A DNA stretch of 64,000 bases from Gemmatimonadota bacterium (GTDB taxonomy: Bacteria; ARS69): NCBI GenBank assembly GCA_030747075.1, contig JASLLL010000013.1, positions 628-64,627 of the forward strand, written 5' to 3'. Numbering within the stretch: position 1 is the first letter of the stretch; every line of letters starts with the position of its first letter. The notes under the pieces were generated by a model. That model was not told the DNA's origin. It did no database searches and saw nothing but the letters and a program-made list of their open reading frames with translations. Of the stretch, positions 50,842 through 59,429 are shown piece by piece. A program made the position numbers and the translations under genes.

Positions 50842-51956
50842 GCGACTTCCACCGATGGGCCACAGCCCTGCTTCTGCTGGCTGCCTCGGGGTGCGCGCGA
50901 GAGGCCCCGGACCCGGATCCGCTTCCCGTGCTGGGCGCGGTCCTGCCGCTGTCGGGGCCCTACGCGGACGCCGGAACGGAAGTGCTGGCTGGATTGCGCA
51001 TGGCGGCGGCTTCTCCTGGCCAGCTTGCTTTTGAGTTGCGCGTTGCTGACGGGCTGGGCACTCCCACCGGGACGCTGGCCGCGCTCCAGTTGCTGGCGGC
51101 GGACTCCTCGGTGGTCGGTATCGTCGGGGGGTGGATTGCCGCAAACGGGCGCATACTGAGCGCGGCGCCGCTGGAGAACCCGCCGGTCCGCCTTCTGCTC
51201 TCTCCGCTGGCGTTCACGGGACCCTCCTCCGGCGGCGATGGCGTCTTTGCCCTCCATCGGATTGAGTCGCTGGGCGTCGCGGCCGCAGGGTTCGCCCGGG
51301 AGGATCTGGGTGCGTCGCTGGCCGGGATCGTCGGGTCGGACGCCAGCGAGGCGTCGCGTCTCTTGCGTGCGGGGTTCGCTCACGAGTTTGAAGGCGAAGG
51401 CGGGCGGATTCTGTGGACCCTCTCGCCGGACCCCTCCGGGCGAGTGGCTCCGCCTCCGTCGGGAGGGGAACGCCCGGATGTGGTGTTCGTTGCCGGGCCG
51501 TCCGACTGGGCCGGGAGCGTGCCCATTCCCCGGGGAAGGCGTGAGAGTCCCCCTGCGTTTCTCTTCCCGGAGGGGTGGAATCTCGATGCGGCAGCCTCCC
51601 TGGGGGAGAAGGGGGCCGCGGCGTATCGCGTGTCCTTCTTCAGCGACACGGGGACTTCTCCGGGGTGCCGCCGGCTTCGGGAGGAATGCACGCTGGCGGG
51701 AGTGCGCCTGACCCCGGCGCTGGCCGCCGGGTGGGATGCGGCACGGCTTCTCTCGCTGGGTATGGCGCGGGGAGGGGCAAGCCGGAGTGGCCTTGCCGGA
51801 GCGCTTCCTTTTGTGGAAGGGCACGACGGCGCTTCCGGACCGGTCCCGGTGTCGCGAAGCGGAACTCTCCGGGAGGCGCCGGCGGTTTCCTCTCTCGGGG
51901 GAGGAGGTCCGGTGTTCCTCCGACGGGTCGAGGCCATTCTTCCCGCAGAGGACTGA
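50838..51956 (+). CDS. Periplasmic-binding-protein type I lipoprotein (LivK/Leu-Ile-Val-binding-like)
   Basis: Lipobox LLAASGC; PBP1 fold; ATGA overlap with upstream transporter stop; no adjacent ABC permease/ATPase. Confidence 0.65.
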   Translation: MSDFHRWATALLLLAASGCAREAPDPDPLPVLGAVLPLSGPYADAGTEVLAGLRMAAASPGQLAFELRVADGLGTPTGTLAALQLLAADSSVVGIVGGWIAANGRILSAAPLENPPVRLLLSPLAFTGPSSGGDGVFALHRIESLGVAAAGFAREDLGASLAGIVGSDASEASRLLRAGFAHEFEGEGGRILWTLSPDPSGRVAPPPSGGERPDVVFVAGPSDWAGSVPIPRGRRESPPAFLFPEGWNLDAAASLGEKGAAAYRVSFFSDTGTSPGCRRLREECTLAGVRLTPALAAGWDAARLLSLGMARGGASRSGLAGALPFVEGHDGASGPVPVSRSGTLREAPAVSSLGGGGPVFLRRVEAILPAED

Positions 51957-52114
51957 TCGCCCCATCCCGCGCGGGCAGCGGCTTTCGGGATCCGCTTGAC
52001 TCCACGCGGGGTGCGTCGCACCATGCTCACCGCGGACGGTCGCAACCCGGGAGGCCGCCATCCGCACCCTCTGGCCGACGCACGCCGACTCCCTTCGGGT
52101 GGGCCCTCACCGCC

Positions 52115-53509
52115 ATGAAGTGCCACCGCAATGCTCTTCGCCGGATTCCCTCGGTTGATCGGGTGCTTGGTGCTCCCGTTCTCCACGACCTTCTTCGGGA
52201 TGAACCGCGTCCTCTCGTCCTTCGATTCGTGCGAGCTCATCTGGAGGGTCTTCGCGCACGGATTCTGAGCGGCGACATGGAACCCACTCCATCGCCCGAA
52301 GAGGTGGCTGCGGATATCGCGCGGCGTGTCCGGGAGCGTCCTCGCGGTCTTGCCCGTGTGTTGAACGCCACGGGAGTGGTCCTCCACACCAACCTGGGTC
52401 GTGCGCGTCTGGCGCCGGAAGCGGTGGAGGCCGTTCTGGAGGCGGCGGGAGGCGCGTGCGATCTGGAGTTCGATCTCGAGACCGGCCGGAGGTCCCGGCG
52501 GGGTGTGCATGTGGAAGAACGCCTGGTCGAAGTCTCCGGGTTCGAATCCGCCCTGGTGGTGAACAACAACGCGGGCGGTCTCGTTCTGGCTCTGAACGAA
52601 CTGTCCCAGGGGCGCGAGGCCATTGTCTCCCGGGGAGAGCTCGTTGAGATTGGCGGGTCGTTCCGGATTCCGGATGTGATGGCACGAACGGGTGCCAGGC
52701 TGGTGGAAGTGGGGACCACGAACCGCACCCACCTTGCGGATTACGAACAGGCGATCGGTCCGGACACGGCGGTTCTCGTCAAGGTGCATCGGTCGAACTT
52801 CCGGCAGGAGGGATTCGTCTCCGAACCGACGCTCGCGGAACTGGTGGAAGTGGGTCGGCATCGGGGGGTTCCCGTTCTCCACGATCTGGGGAGCGGACTT
52901 CTCCGCGCCATTGCCGGGGCCGAATCGGAGCCCACGCTGGCCGAGAGTCTTGCCGCCGGAGTGGACCTGGTGGCCATGTCGGGGGACAAACTGCTTGGGG
53001 GTCCACAAGCCGGGATTCTCCTGGGCAGGCGTGAACTTGTGGACCGGCTCCGGGGGAACCCGCTGGCCCGCGCTCTTCGCGTGGACAAGATGACGCTCGC
53101 AGCGCTTGCGGCGACGCTGGATCTGCTGGAAGATGGCGACCGGGCGGTGGAGCGCGTGCCCACACTGCGCTCGCTGGTGGCGACCCCGGCGGAACTGGAG
53201 TCTCGGGCTTCGTGGATCGCGGAGGGGCTCTCGGCCATTCCGGGCATGACGGTCCGCACGATGCCCGGTCTCGGAGAGGTCGGCGGAGGCGCAGTTCCGG
53301 CAAGGGGACTGCCGACCACCATGGTCGGGTTGTCGCTGCAAGGGATGTCGGCGCGGAATCTGGCGGAGGAACTTCGTCGGATGCCGCTTCCTGTGGTTGC
53401 GCGGATCGTGGATGAAGAGGTGCTCCTCGATCCACGCAGTCTGGATCCGGGTGAGGATGCGGAGTGTGTTCGGGCCATTGCGGAATGGTCTGAACGCCGG
53501 GGAGGATGA
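52115..53509 (+). CDS. selA: L-seryl-tRNA(Sec) selenium transferase
   Basis: N-term RRIPSVDRVL, PLP lysine region VKVHRSNF, SGDKLLGGPQAGI; start chosen at SelA-typical N-terminus. Confidence 0.85.
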   Translation: MKCHRNALRRIPSVDRVLGAPVLHDLLRDEPRPLVLRFVRAHLEGLRARILSGDMEPTPSPEEVAADIARRVRERPRGLARVLNATGVVLHTNLGRARLAPEAVEAVLEAAGGACDLEFDLETGRRSRRGVHVEERLVEVSGFESALVVNNNAGGLVLALNELSQGREAIVSRGELVEIGGSFRIPDVMARTGARLVEVGTTNRTHLADYEQAIGPDTAVLVKVHRSNFRQEGFVSEPTLAELVEVGRHRGVPVLHDLGSGLLRAIAGAESEPTLAESLAAGVDLVAMSGDKLLGGPQAGILLGRRELVDRLRGNPLARALRVDKMTLAALAATLDLLEDGDRAVERVPTLRSLVATPAELESRASWIAEGLSAIPGMTVRTMPGLGEVGGGAVPARGLPTTMVGLSLQGMSARNLAEELRRMPLPVVARIVDEEVLLDPRSLDPGEDAECVRAIAEWSERRGG

Positions 53510-53516
53510 GGGGATC

Positions 53517-54812
53517 ATGACCACTTGGACGGGCTTTCGTTCACCCGAAGCGGCTTCCGAGGATTTGGGAGTGCCCCTTCTGGGAGTGCTCGCGTCACCG
53601 GAGGCCCAGGGCACGCACCACCCCGTCCGACCTCCCGCCACAGACGACATCCCTGCGTTTCGCCAGGTGGCTCGTGCGGTGGCGGCGCTTCTGCATGCCC
53701 GACCGGGCCCGGTCTGTCTTGTCGGGGATATGCCCCCCGCCGCGCGAAGTGCGGTCTCTTCAGGGATCGCGTGGGCATTGGCCGAATCCGCTCCGGTGGT
53801 GCTGGTGGATGCAGATATTCGGTCGGCCTGTCTGGCGTTTGATGATCAGGGGCGCGCGCAGGAAGGGCTGGTGGATGTGCTCCGCTACGGTGTTCGGTCC
53901 CCTCGTGTTGTCGCTCCGACGGAAGTCCCGGGCGTTCATTTGCTTCCCGCGGGATCGGGCACGGTGGATGTGGAGGGAACCTACCGATCCGAGTCCGTTG
54001 CCTCGCTCTTCGAAGATCTGGGGAGTGGTGGAGATCTCGTACTGGTGCACGGACCGGATGCTGCGGACATGATCTCAGCGAAACGGTTCTTTTCCAGCAT
54101 TCCGACCGTGCTTCTCCTCCACGAGTTCGGATACTCGGAAGCGGAGCGAACGCGGTCCGTCGCCACGACCGTGGGCGCGGAGCGTTGCGCGGGACTGATC
54201 ACGATCGGGGAGTCCGGGGCTGATGAGGAAGTGCACGCCACCGACCCGGCGGACGAACCGATCGTCGAGCAGGGGCCGACGGCCTATCCGGGCGCAGACT
54301 CCGGGAGAGTGGCGGACCTCGTGGACGAGTTCGCGTCCGGGCAAACGGACGGAACTCCTTCCACCGACGCGCGAAGCCATGCCCGGACCTTCCTTTGGCT
54401 GGCGGGAGCCGCCCTTGCGGCAACGCTGTTGATCCTGCTGCCGAAGTGGAGCGGGCGCTTCGCCGAGCCGCCCGCCGAGGCGCCCCCGGTCGCCGGGACG
54501 CCGCCTGCCGAGCCGCCGGTGGTGGGGCCTCGCTTTGGCGTTCATGTGACATCATTCCGCTCGCCGGAACTGGCCGCTCACGAGGTTTCGCTCCTTGTGG
54601 GCGCAGGAGTGCCTGCCGTCCATCGTCGGGTGGATGTGCCGGGACAGGGAAGCTGGTTTCGCGTATTTGCGGGACCGTGCGATACGCGCGAGGAGGCGAA
54701 CCGCCTTCTTGCCCACATCCGTGAACAGGACATTCGGGGTTTCGCTCAGGTCCGGATCCTCCCCCCCGGGGAATCCGCGGACGGGTCGGGCGGGGGATGG
54801 GAGAATCGATGA
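53517..54812 (+). CDS. Degenerate BY-kinase(CpsD/Wzc C-domain)-like P-loop domain - TM helix - SPOR domain protein
   Basis: BY-kinase layout preserved (Walker A' VVLVDADIRSA, Walker B-like DLVLVHGPD) but Walker A degenerate (GDMPPAARS, no Lys); TM LAGAALAATLLILL; C-terminal SPOR (FRVFAGPCDTREEANRL). Confidence 0.65.
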   Translation: MTTWTGFRSPEAASEDLGVPLLGVLASPEAQGTHHPVRPPATDDIPAFRQVARAVAALLHARPGPVCLVGDMPPAARSAVSSGIAWALAESAPVVLVDADIRSACLAFDDQGRAQEGLVDVLRYGVRSPRVVAPTEVPGVHLLPAGSGTVDVEGTYRSESVASLFEDLGSGGDLVLVHGPDAADMISAKRFFSSIPTVLLLHEFGYSEAERTRSVATTVGAERCAGLITIGESGADEEVHATDPADEPIVEQGPTAYPGADSGRVADLVDEFASGQTDGTPSTDARSHARTFLWLAGAALAATLLILLPKWSGRFAEPPAEAPPVAGTPPAEPPVVGPRFGVHVTSFRSPELAAHEVSLLVGAGVPAVHRRVDVPGQGSWFRVFAGPCDTREEANRLLAHIREQDIRGFAQVRILPPGESADGSGGGWENR

Positions 54813-57800
54813 ATCTCAAGAAGATTGAGCTGTTCGGGTTCAAGTCTTTCATGCGGAAGCTGGACTTCCACTTCAGCGACGGGATCACCGTCATCGTGGG
54901 TCCGAACGGGTGTGGCAAGACGAATGTCACGGATGCACTGCGATGGGTTCTCGGCGAGACGAACGCACGCATGTTGCGCGGGAGCCGGATGGAGGATCTC
55001 ATCTTCAACGGCGCGGGCGCATACAAGCCGTTGAATGTTGCGGAGGTCAGCCTTTCGATCGACAACTCCTCGGGCATTCTCCCCACGGAGTACACGGAAG
55101 TCACCGTGACTCGTCGTGTTCTGCGCAACGGCGAGTCCGAGTTTCTCCTGAACAAGATTCCCTGTCGCCTGAAGGACATCACCGAACTCCTCATGGACAC
55201 GGGGCTGGGCAGCAGGGCGTACTCCATCATCGAGCGGGACATGGTCGAGATGGTCCTGTCGGATCAGCCGGAGAAGCGACGCGAGCTTCTGGAAGAGGCG
55301 GCCGGAATCAGCAAGTACAAGACCCGCGAAAGGCAGGCCCGGCGAAAGCTGGAAGCCACCGACGAAGACCTCCAGCGAATCACCGACATCCTTGCCGAAG
55401 TGGAGCGTCAGGTGCGCTCCCTGAAGCGGCAGGTGGGCGCGGCTCGCCGGTATCAGGAAGTACGGGATCGGCTGAAGGGGCTGGAAGTGTCGCTGGCCGC
55501 GTGTGATCTCTCGTCCATTCACAAGGAGAGGGCTTCGCTGGACGAGGGGGTTGCGGAACATCGTACGGAGCGTGACGGCGCGCAGGCCCGGATTGCGGCC
55601 ATGGAGGCGTCGATTGAGGAACTGCGCCTGAAGTCCGCGGACGCGGAGACGCGGCTGTCAGGAATCCAGTCGGAGGTGGACGAACTGGCGGAGGCCGCCC
55701 GGGACGCGGAGTCGAACAACCGCGTGCGGAAGGAGCGTCGCGATGCCTTCTCCGGATCGGCACGACGCCTCGCCTCCGAGAAGGAGGATCTGACGCGCAG
55801 CATTCAGGACGGAACGGAACGGGCGGAGGAACTCCACAGCGAGAGGGAGCAGCGCTCCACGGATCTGGAGGGGTTGGAGGGGGAACTGAAAGAAGCCCGG
55901 GAGTCTCTGGATCGGGTGGAGTCAGACCTGGGTGAGAGGCGCTCGGCGCTGGAGTCCGCACGCGAAGCTTCAGCGGGGGCTGCGAAAACGCTTTCGGATC
56001 ATGTATCAGAACTTTCCGGGATGGTGGCGCACGGGGCGCACCTCGCGGACCGTGATGCGGCGTTGTCGGCGGAGGCGGACTCGCTGCGGCGCGCGTTGGA
56101 AGCCCGGCGGGAGGACGCCCGTTCGGAGGCGGACCGATCGGAGCAGTCGCGCACGGAGTGGGAGCGTCTGGAGGAGCGTGCGGCCGAATGCCGTCGGCGG
56201 ATGGAAACGCTCGAGGAGAAGCGGGAGAACATCCGCGAAGAGGAGAGTGCGCATTCGCTGGAAGCTCAGGCGGCGCAGTCCGCGTTGGAGATGCTTCGGG
56301 GTCTGCACGAGAGTTTTGAAGGATACGGCAAGGGTGCGCAGTCGCTGCTGGCGAATGGCGGGAGTGAGCGTCTCACCGCGCTTGCTGACTCACTTCGCGT
56401 CCCGCGCGAAGACCTGATCCCCGCGATCGATTCCGCTCTGGAGTCGGCCGCCCATTGCCTGGTCGCCCCGGATTCCGGGGCCGCCGTGGAAGCGGTTCGC
56501 TCGTTGAAGGCGGGCGGCGGTCGCGCGACGCTGCTCGACCTGGAGGCGTTCCGGTCGTCAGGCAACGGAGCCACGCTGCCGGAGGTGGCGGATTCGTCCG
56601 TAGTAGGCCCGGCGCGATCGTTTCTGGAAGTCAGCGACGAGTTCACGCCGGTGCTGGATGCGCTCCTTGCGAGCGCGGTCATCGTGGAGACGCTGGAGGA
56701 CGCCGTGCGTCTCTCGAATGTCCCCGCGTATGCGGGATTGCGGTTCATCGCCCGCGACGGAGACTGGGCTTCGGCGCCTGGCGTCATCCATGGCGGAAGT
56801 GGCGAACACTCCCCGGGTTCGAGTGTGCTGGGCAGGGCGGGTCGTATCGAGAATCTGGAAGGACTCGTGACGAGCGCGGGGGAGAAGCGGGAAGACGCGC
56901 GCCGTCGCGCAGAAGAACTCGCGTCCGAGCGGGATCGCGTTCGGACGGAGATCGAGGAAGCGGACCGTCTTCGGGAAGCAGCACGTCAGGCGGCTTCCGA
57001 AGCGGGAACGGCGGTCGAGCGTCTCGGTGCTTCGATTGAGGCGGCGGAAACGCGCGACACCGCGATCCGTGCAGAGCGCGACGAACTCGCGAAGCGGGAG
57101 GACGGTCTCTCCCGGGAGCGGGAGAAGTGTGAGCGGATCGTGGAAGAGGCTCGCGCCCAAGAGAAGAGACTGGGCGACGAACAGGCTCTTCGAGAGTCGG
57201 AACTGGTCGCGTCCACGGAGGACCGGGACGGCGTGCGCGATCGAGTCCACGGCTGCGAAGTTGCACGAACGAGAGTCGCCGGGGAACGGGAGAAGCTGGA
57301 ACTGGAGATCGCGCGAATCGAAGAGAGCCGTCGAAGCGACGAAGCGGGGATCAAACGGCGTGACGAGGAGATCGGTTCCATTGATCGCTCCGTGGGAGAG
57401 CTGGACCGGAAGATGGACGAGGGGCGTGCCGTCCATGCGGAGCGATCGCGTGAACTGGACGGGCGACGGCATGTGCGCGACGACATCGCCCGGGGGCGCA
57501 CCGGCGTGTTGGAAGAACTGCGGCAGCATGAAGAAGAACGAAACCGATGGATGCGTCTTCGGGATGACGCCACCGAAGGAGTCCATCAGTCGGAGATGGC
57601 ACTCACCGGGCTCACCTCGCGGGAGTCCGAACTGGTGGAGCGAATCCGCAGGGAGTTCGAGACGGACCTTACCCTTCCCGATGCCATCGCGGTCCACGGA
57701 GATCTGGTGCGGGCACCGGAAGAGGAACAGGAGTCTGCCCGAACGGAGATGGAAGAGCTTCGCACGCAGATTCGTCGGATGGGCGGGGTCAACCTCGTGG

Positions 57801-58456
57801 CGCTGGACCAGTACGATCGCGAGTTTGCGCGGCAGGAGTTCCTGCAGACGCAGAAGCAGGATCTTGAGGAAGCTCGCGAAGCGCTCCGCCGCACCATTCG
57901 CAAGATCAACCGCAAGGCGCGGACGCTGTTCATGGAAACGCTGGAGGAGGTGCGCGTTCACTTCCAGAAGACCTACTCGACGCTGTTCGAAGGCGGACAG
58001 GCGGACATTCGCCTCGTCGGGGAAGAGGATCCGCTGAACGCTCCCATCGAGCTCTTTGCACGGCCGAAGGGGAAGAAGCTCGGCAGCATCTCTCTCCTGT
58101 CCAGCGGGGAGCGTGCCCTGACGGCGGTGGCCTTCCTGTTCGGAATCTATCTGGTGAAGCCGAGTCCCTTCTGTATCCTGGACGAGGTCGACGCACCGCT
58201 GGATGACATGAACATCGGGCGGTTCATCGAGATGCTCCGTGAAGTCGCGGGGAAGACGCAGTTCGTCATGATTACGCACAACAAGAAGACGATGGAAGTG
58301 GCGGACTACATCTACGGCGTCACCATGGAAGAGCCGGGAATCTCCAAGCTCGTTTCGGTTCGTCTCGGGCGCGAAGATGCGGATCCCGAGGCGGAACGCG
58401 AGCGTCTCCGCGAGATCGATCGCGACGGGGTTCTGGTCGAGGAAGGTGCCGCTTGA
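54809..58456 (+). CDS. smc: Chromosome partition protein Smc
   Basis: MNLKKIELFGFKSF, Walker A GPNGCGKTN, long coiled coils, hinge, C-terminal LSGGE/Walker B; ATGA overlap with upstream gene. Confidence 0.95.
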   Translation: MNLKKIELFGFKSFMRKLDFHFSDGITVIVGPNGCGKTNVTDALRWVLGETNARMLRGSRMEDLIFNGAGAYKPLNVAEVSLSIDNSSGILPTEYTEVTVTRRVLRNGESEFLLNKIPCRLKDITELLMDTGLGSRAYSIIERDMVEMVLSDQPEKRRELLEEAAGISKYKTRERQARRKLEATDEDLQRITDILAEVERQVRSLKRQVGAARRYQEVRDRLKGLEVSLAACDLSSIHKERASLDEGVAEHRTERDGAQARIAAMEASIEELRLKSADAETRLSGIQSEVDELAEAARDAESNNRVRKERRDAFSGSARRLASEKEDLTRSIQDGTERAEELHSEREQRSTDLEGLEGELKEARESLDRVESDLGERRSALESAREASAGAAKTLSDHVSELSGMVAHGAHLADRDAALSAEADSLRRALEARREDARSEADRSEQSRTEWERLEERAAECRRRMETLEEKRENIREEESAHSLEAQAAQSALEMLRGLHESFEGYGKGAQSLLANGGSERLTALADSLRVPREDLIPAIDSALESAAHCLVAPDSGAAVEAVRSLKAGGGRATLLDLEAFRSSGNGATLPEVADSSVVGPARSFLEVSDEFTPVLDALLASAVIVETLEDAVRLSNVPAYAGLRFIARDGDWASAPGVIHGGSGEHSPGSSVLGRAGRIENLEGLVTSAGEKREDARRRAEELASERDRVRTEIEEADRLREAARQAASEAGTAVERLGASIEAAETRDTAIRAERDELAKREDGLSREREKCERIVEEARAQEKRLGDEQALRESELVASTEDRDGVRDRVHGCEVARTRVAGEREKLELEIARIEESRRSDEAGIKRRDEEIGSIDRSVGELDRKMDEGRAVHAERSRELDGRRHVRDDIARGRTGVLEELRQHEEERNRWMRLRDDATEGVHQSEMALTGLTSRESELVERIRREFETDLTLPDAIAVHGDLVRAPEEEQESARTEMEELRTQIRRMGGVNLVALDQYDREFARQEFLQTQKQDLEEAREALRRTIRKINRKARTLFMETLEEVRVHFQKTYSTLFEGGQADIRLVGEEDPLNAPIELFARPKGKKLGSISLLSSGERALTAVAFLFGIYLVKPSPFCILDEVDAPLDDMNIGRFIEMLREVAGKTQFVMITHNKKTMEVADYIYGVTMEEPGISKLVSVRLGREDADPEAERERLREIDRDGVLVEEGAA

Positions 58457-59415
58457 TCGGGAGGCTGGGTCGCGGATTTGCGCGGCTCCGTGACGGCCTG
58501 AAGAAGTCCCGCGACGCGCTCGGTGACGGCGTACGCGGTGCCATTGGCAAGCGCACTGCCGTGGACGAAGAGTTGTGGGAGGAGATCGAGGAACTCCTGA
58601 TCGTGAGCGATGTCGGACCGGGTACGGCCATGGACATCGTGTCGGATCTGCGCGCGGAGTCGCGCAAGTGGTCGGGGCTTGCGGAAGAGGAACTGCTGGG
58701 GGCGCTGCACCGGGCCATCGCGTCGCGTGTCGGGGCGGGGCAGGATGTGGACGCTTTCCCCCGATCCCCACTGGAGGACTCTCCGGCGGTGGTTCTTCTG
58801 GTGGGCGTGAACGGAACCGGGAAGACCACGACTGCCGCCAAGCTCGCCCATCGCTTTCTGTCGGAGGAGAAGCGTGTCGTGCTTGCCGCGGCGGATACCT
58901 TCCGCGCCGCCGCCGCCGAACAGCTGCAGGTCTGGGGAGAGCGCACGGGAGTCCCCGTCATCCGGGGGGAAGACGGGGGAGATGCCGCCTCCGTCGCGTT
59001 TGACGCGCTGCAGTCTGCGATCGCAAAGAAGGCGGATGTCCTGATCGTCGACACCGCCGGGCGACTGCACACCAAGAGTCACCTCATGGAAGAACTGGTG
59101 AAGATCCGTCGCGTTCTGGGCCGAGCCCTGGACGGGGCGCCGCAGGAGGTTCTGCTCGTGCTGGATGGAACCACCGGGCAGAATGCGGTGGCGCAGGCCC
59201 GGATCTTTTCCGAAACGCTCGGGATCACGGGAGTCATTCTGACGAAGCTCGACGGCACAGCGCGCGGTGGTGTGGTTCTGGCGGTTCATGCGGAACTGGG
59301 AGTTCCGATTCGGTTCGTGGGCGTGGGAGAGGGCATGGAAGATCTCCAGGTGTTCGATCCGGCGGCTTTCGCGGAAGCGCTGGCACCGTCTCCCGAGAAG
59401 AACCACCGGGAGTGA
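58453..59415 (+). CDS. ftsY: Signal recognition particle receptor FtsY
   Basis: NG domain GVNGTGKTTT, DTAGR, TKLDGTA motifs. Confidence 0.9.
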   Translation: MIGRLGRGFARLRDGLKKSRDALGDGVRGAIGKRTAVDEELWEEIEELLIVSDVGPGTAMDIVSDLRAESRKWSGLAEEELLGALHRAIASRVGAGQDVDAFPRSPLEDSPAVVLLVGVNGTGKTTTAAKLAHRFLSEEKRVVLAAADTFRAAAAEQLQVWGERTGVPVIRGEDGGDAASVAFDALQSAIAKKADVLIVDTAGRLHTKSHLMEELVKIRRVLGRALDGAPQEVLLVLDGTTGQNAVAQARIFSETLGITGVILTKLDGTARGGVVLAVHAELGVPIRFVGVGEGMEDLQVFDPAAFAEALAPSPEKNHRE

Positions 59416-59429
59416 AAGGGAGCGGGCGA

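Noticed and set aside
51957-52114. tRNA-Sec upstream of selA
   Set aside because: No 8-bp acceptor/TCA anticodon-loop structure could be folded by eye. Left as a negative observation pending a covariance-model search.
51380-58771. Long minus-strand ORFs (51380-53650, 56558-58771) and 59286-61070
   Set aside because: Antisense to selA, smc, ftsY and the GAF-PAS regulator.
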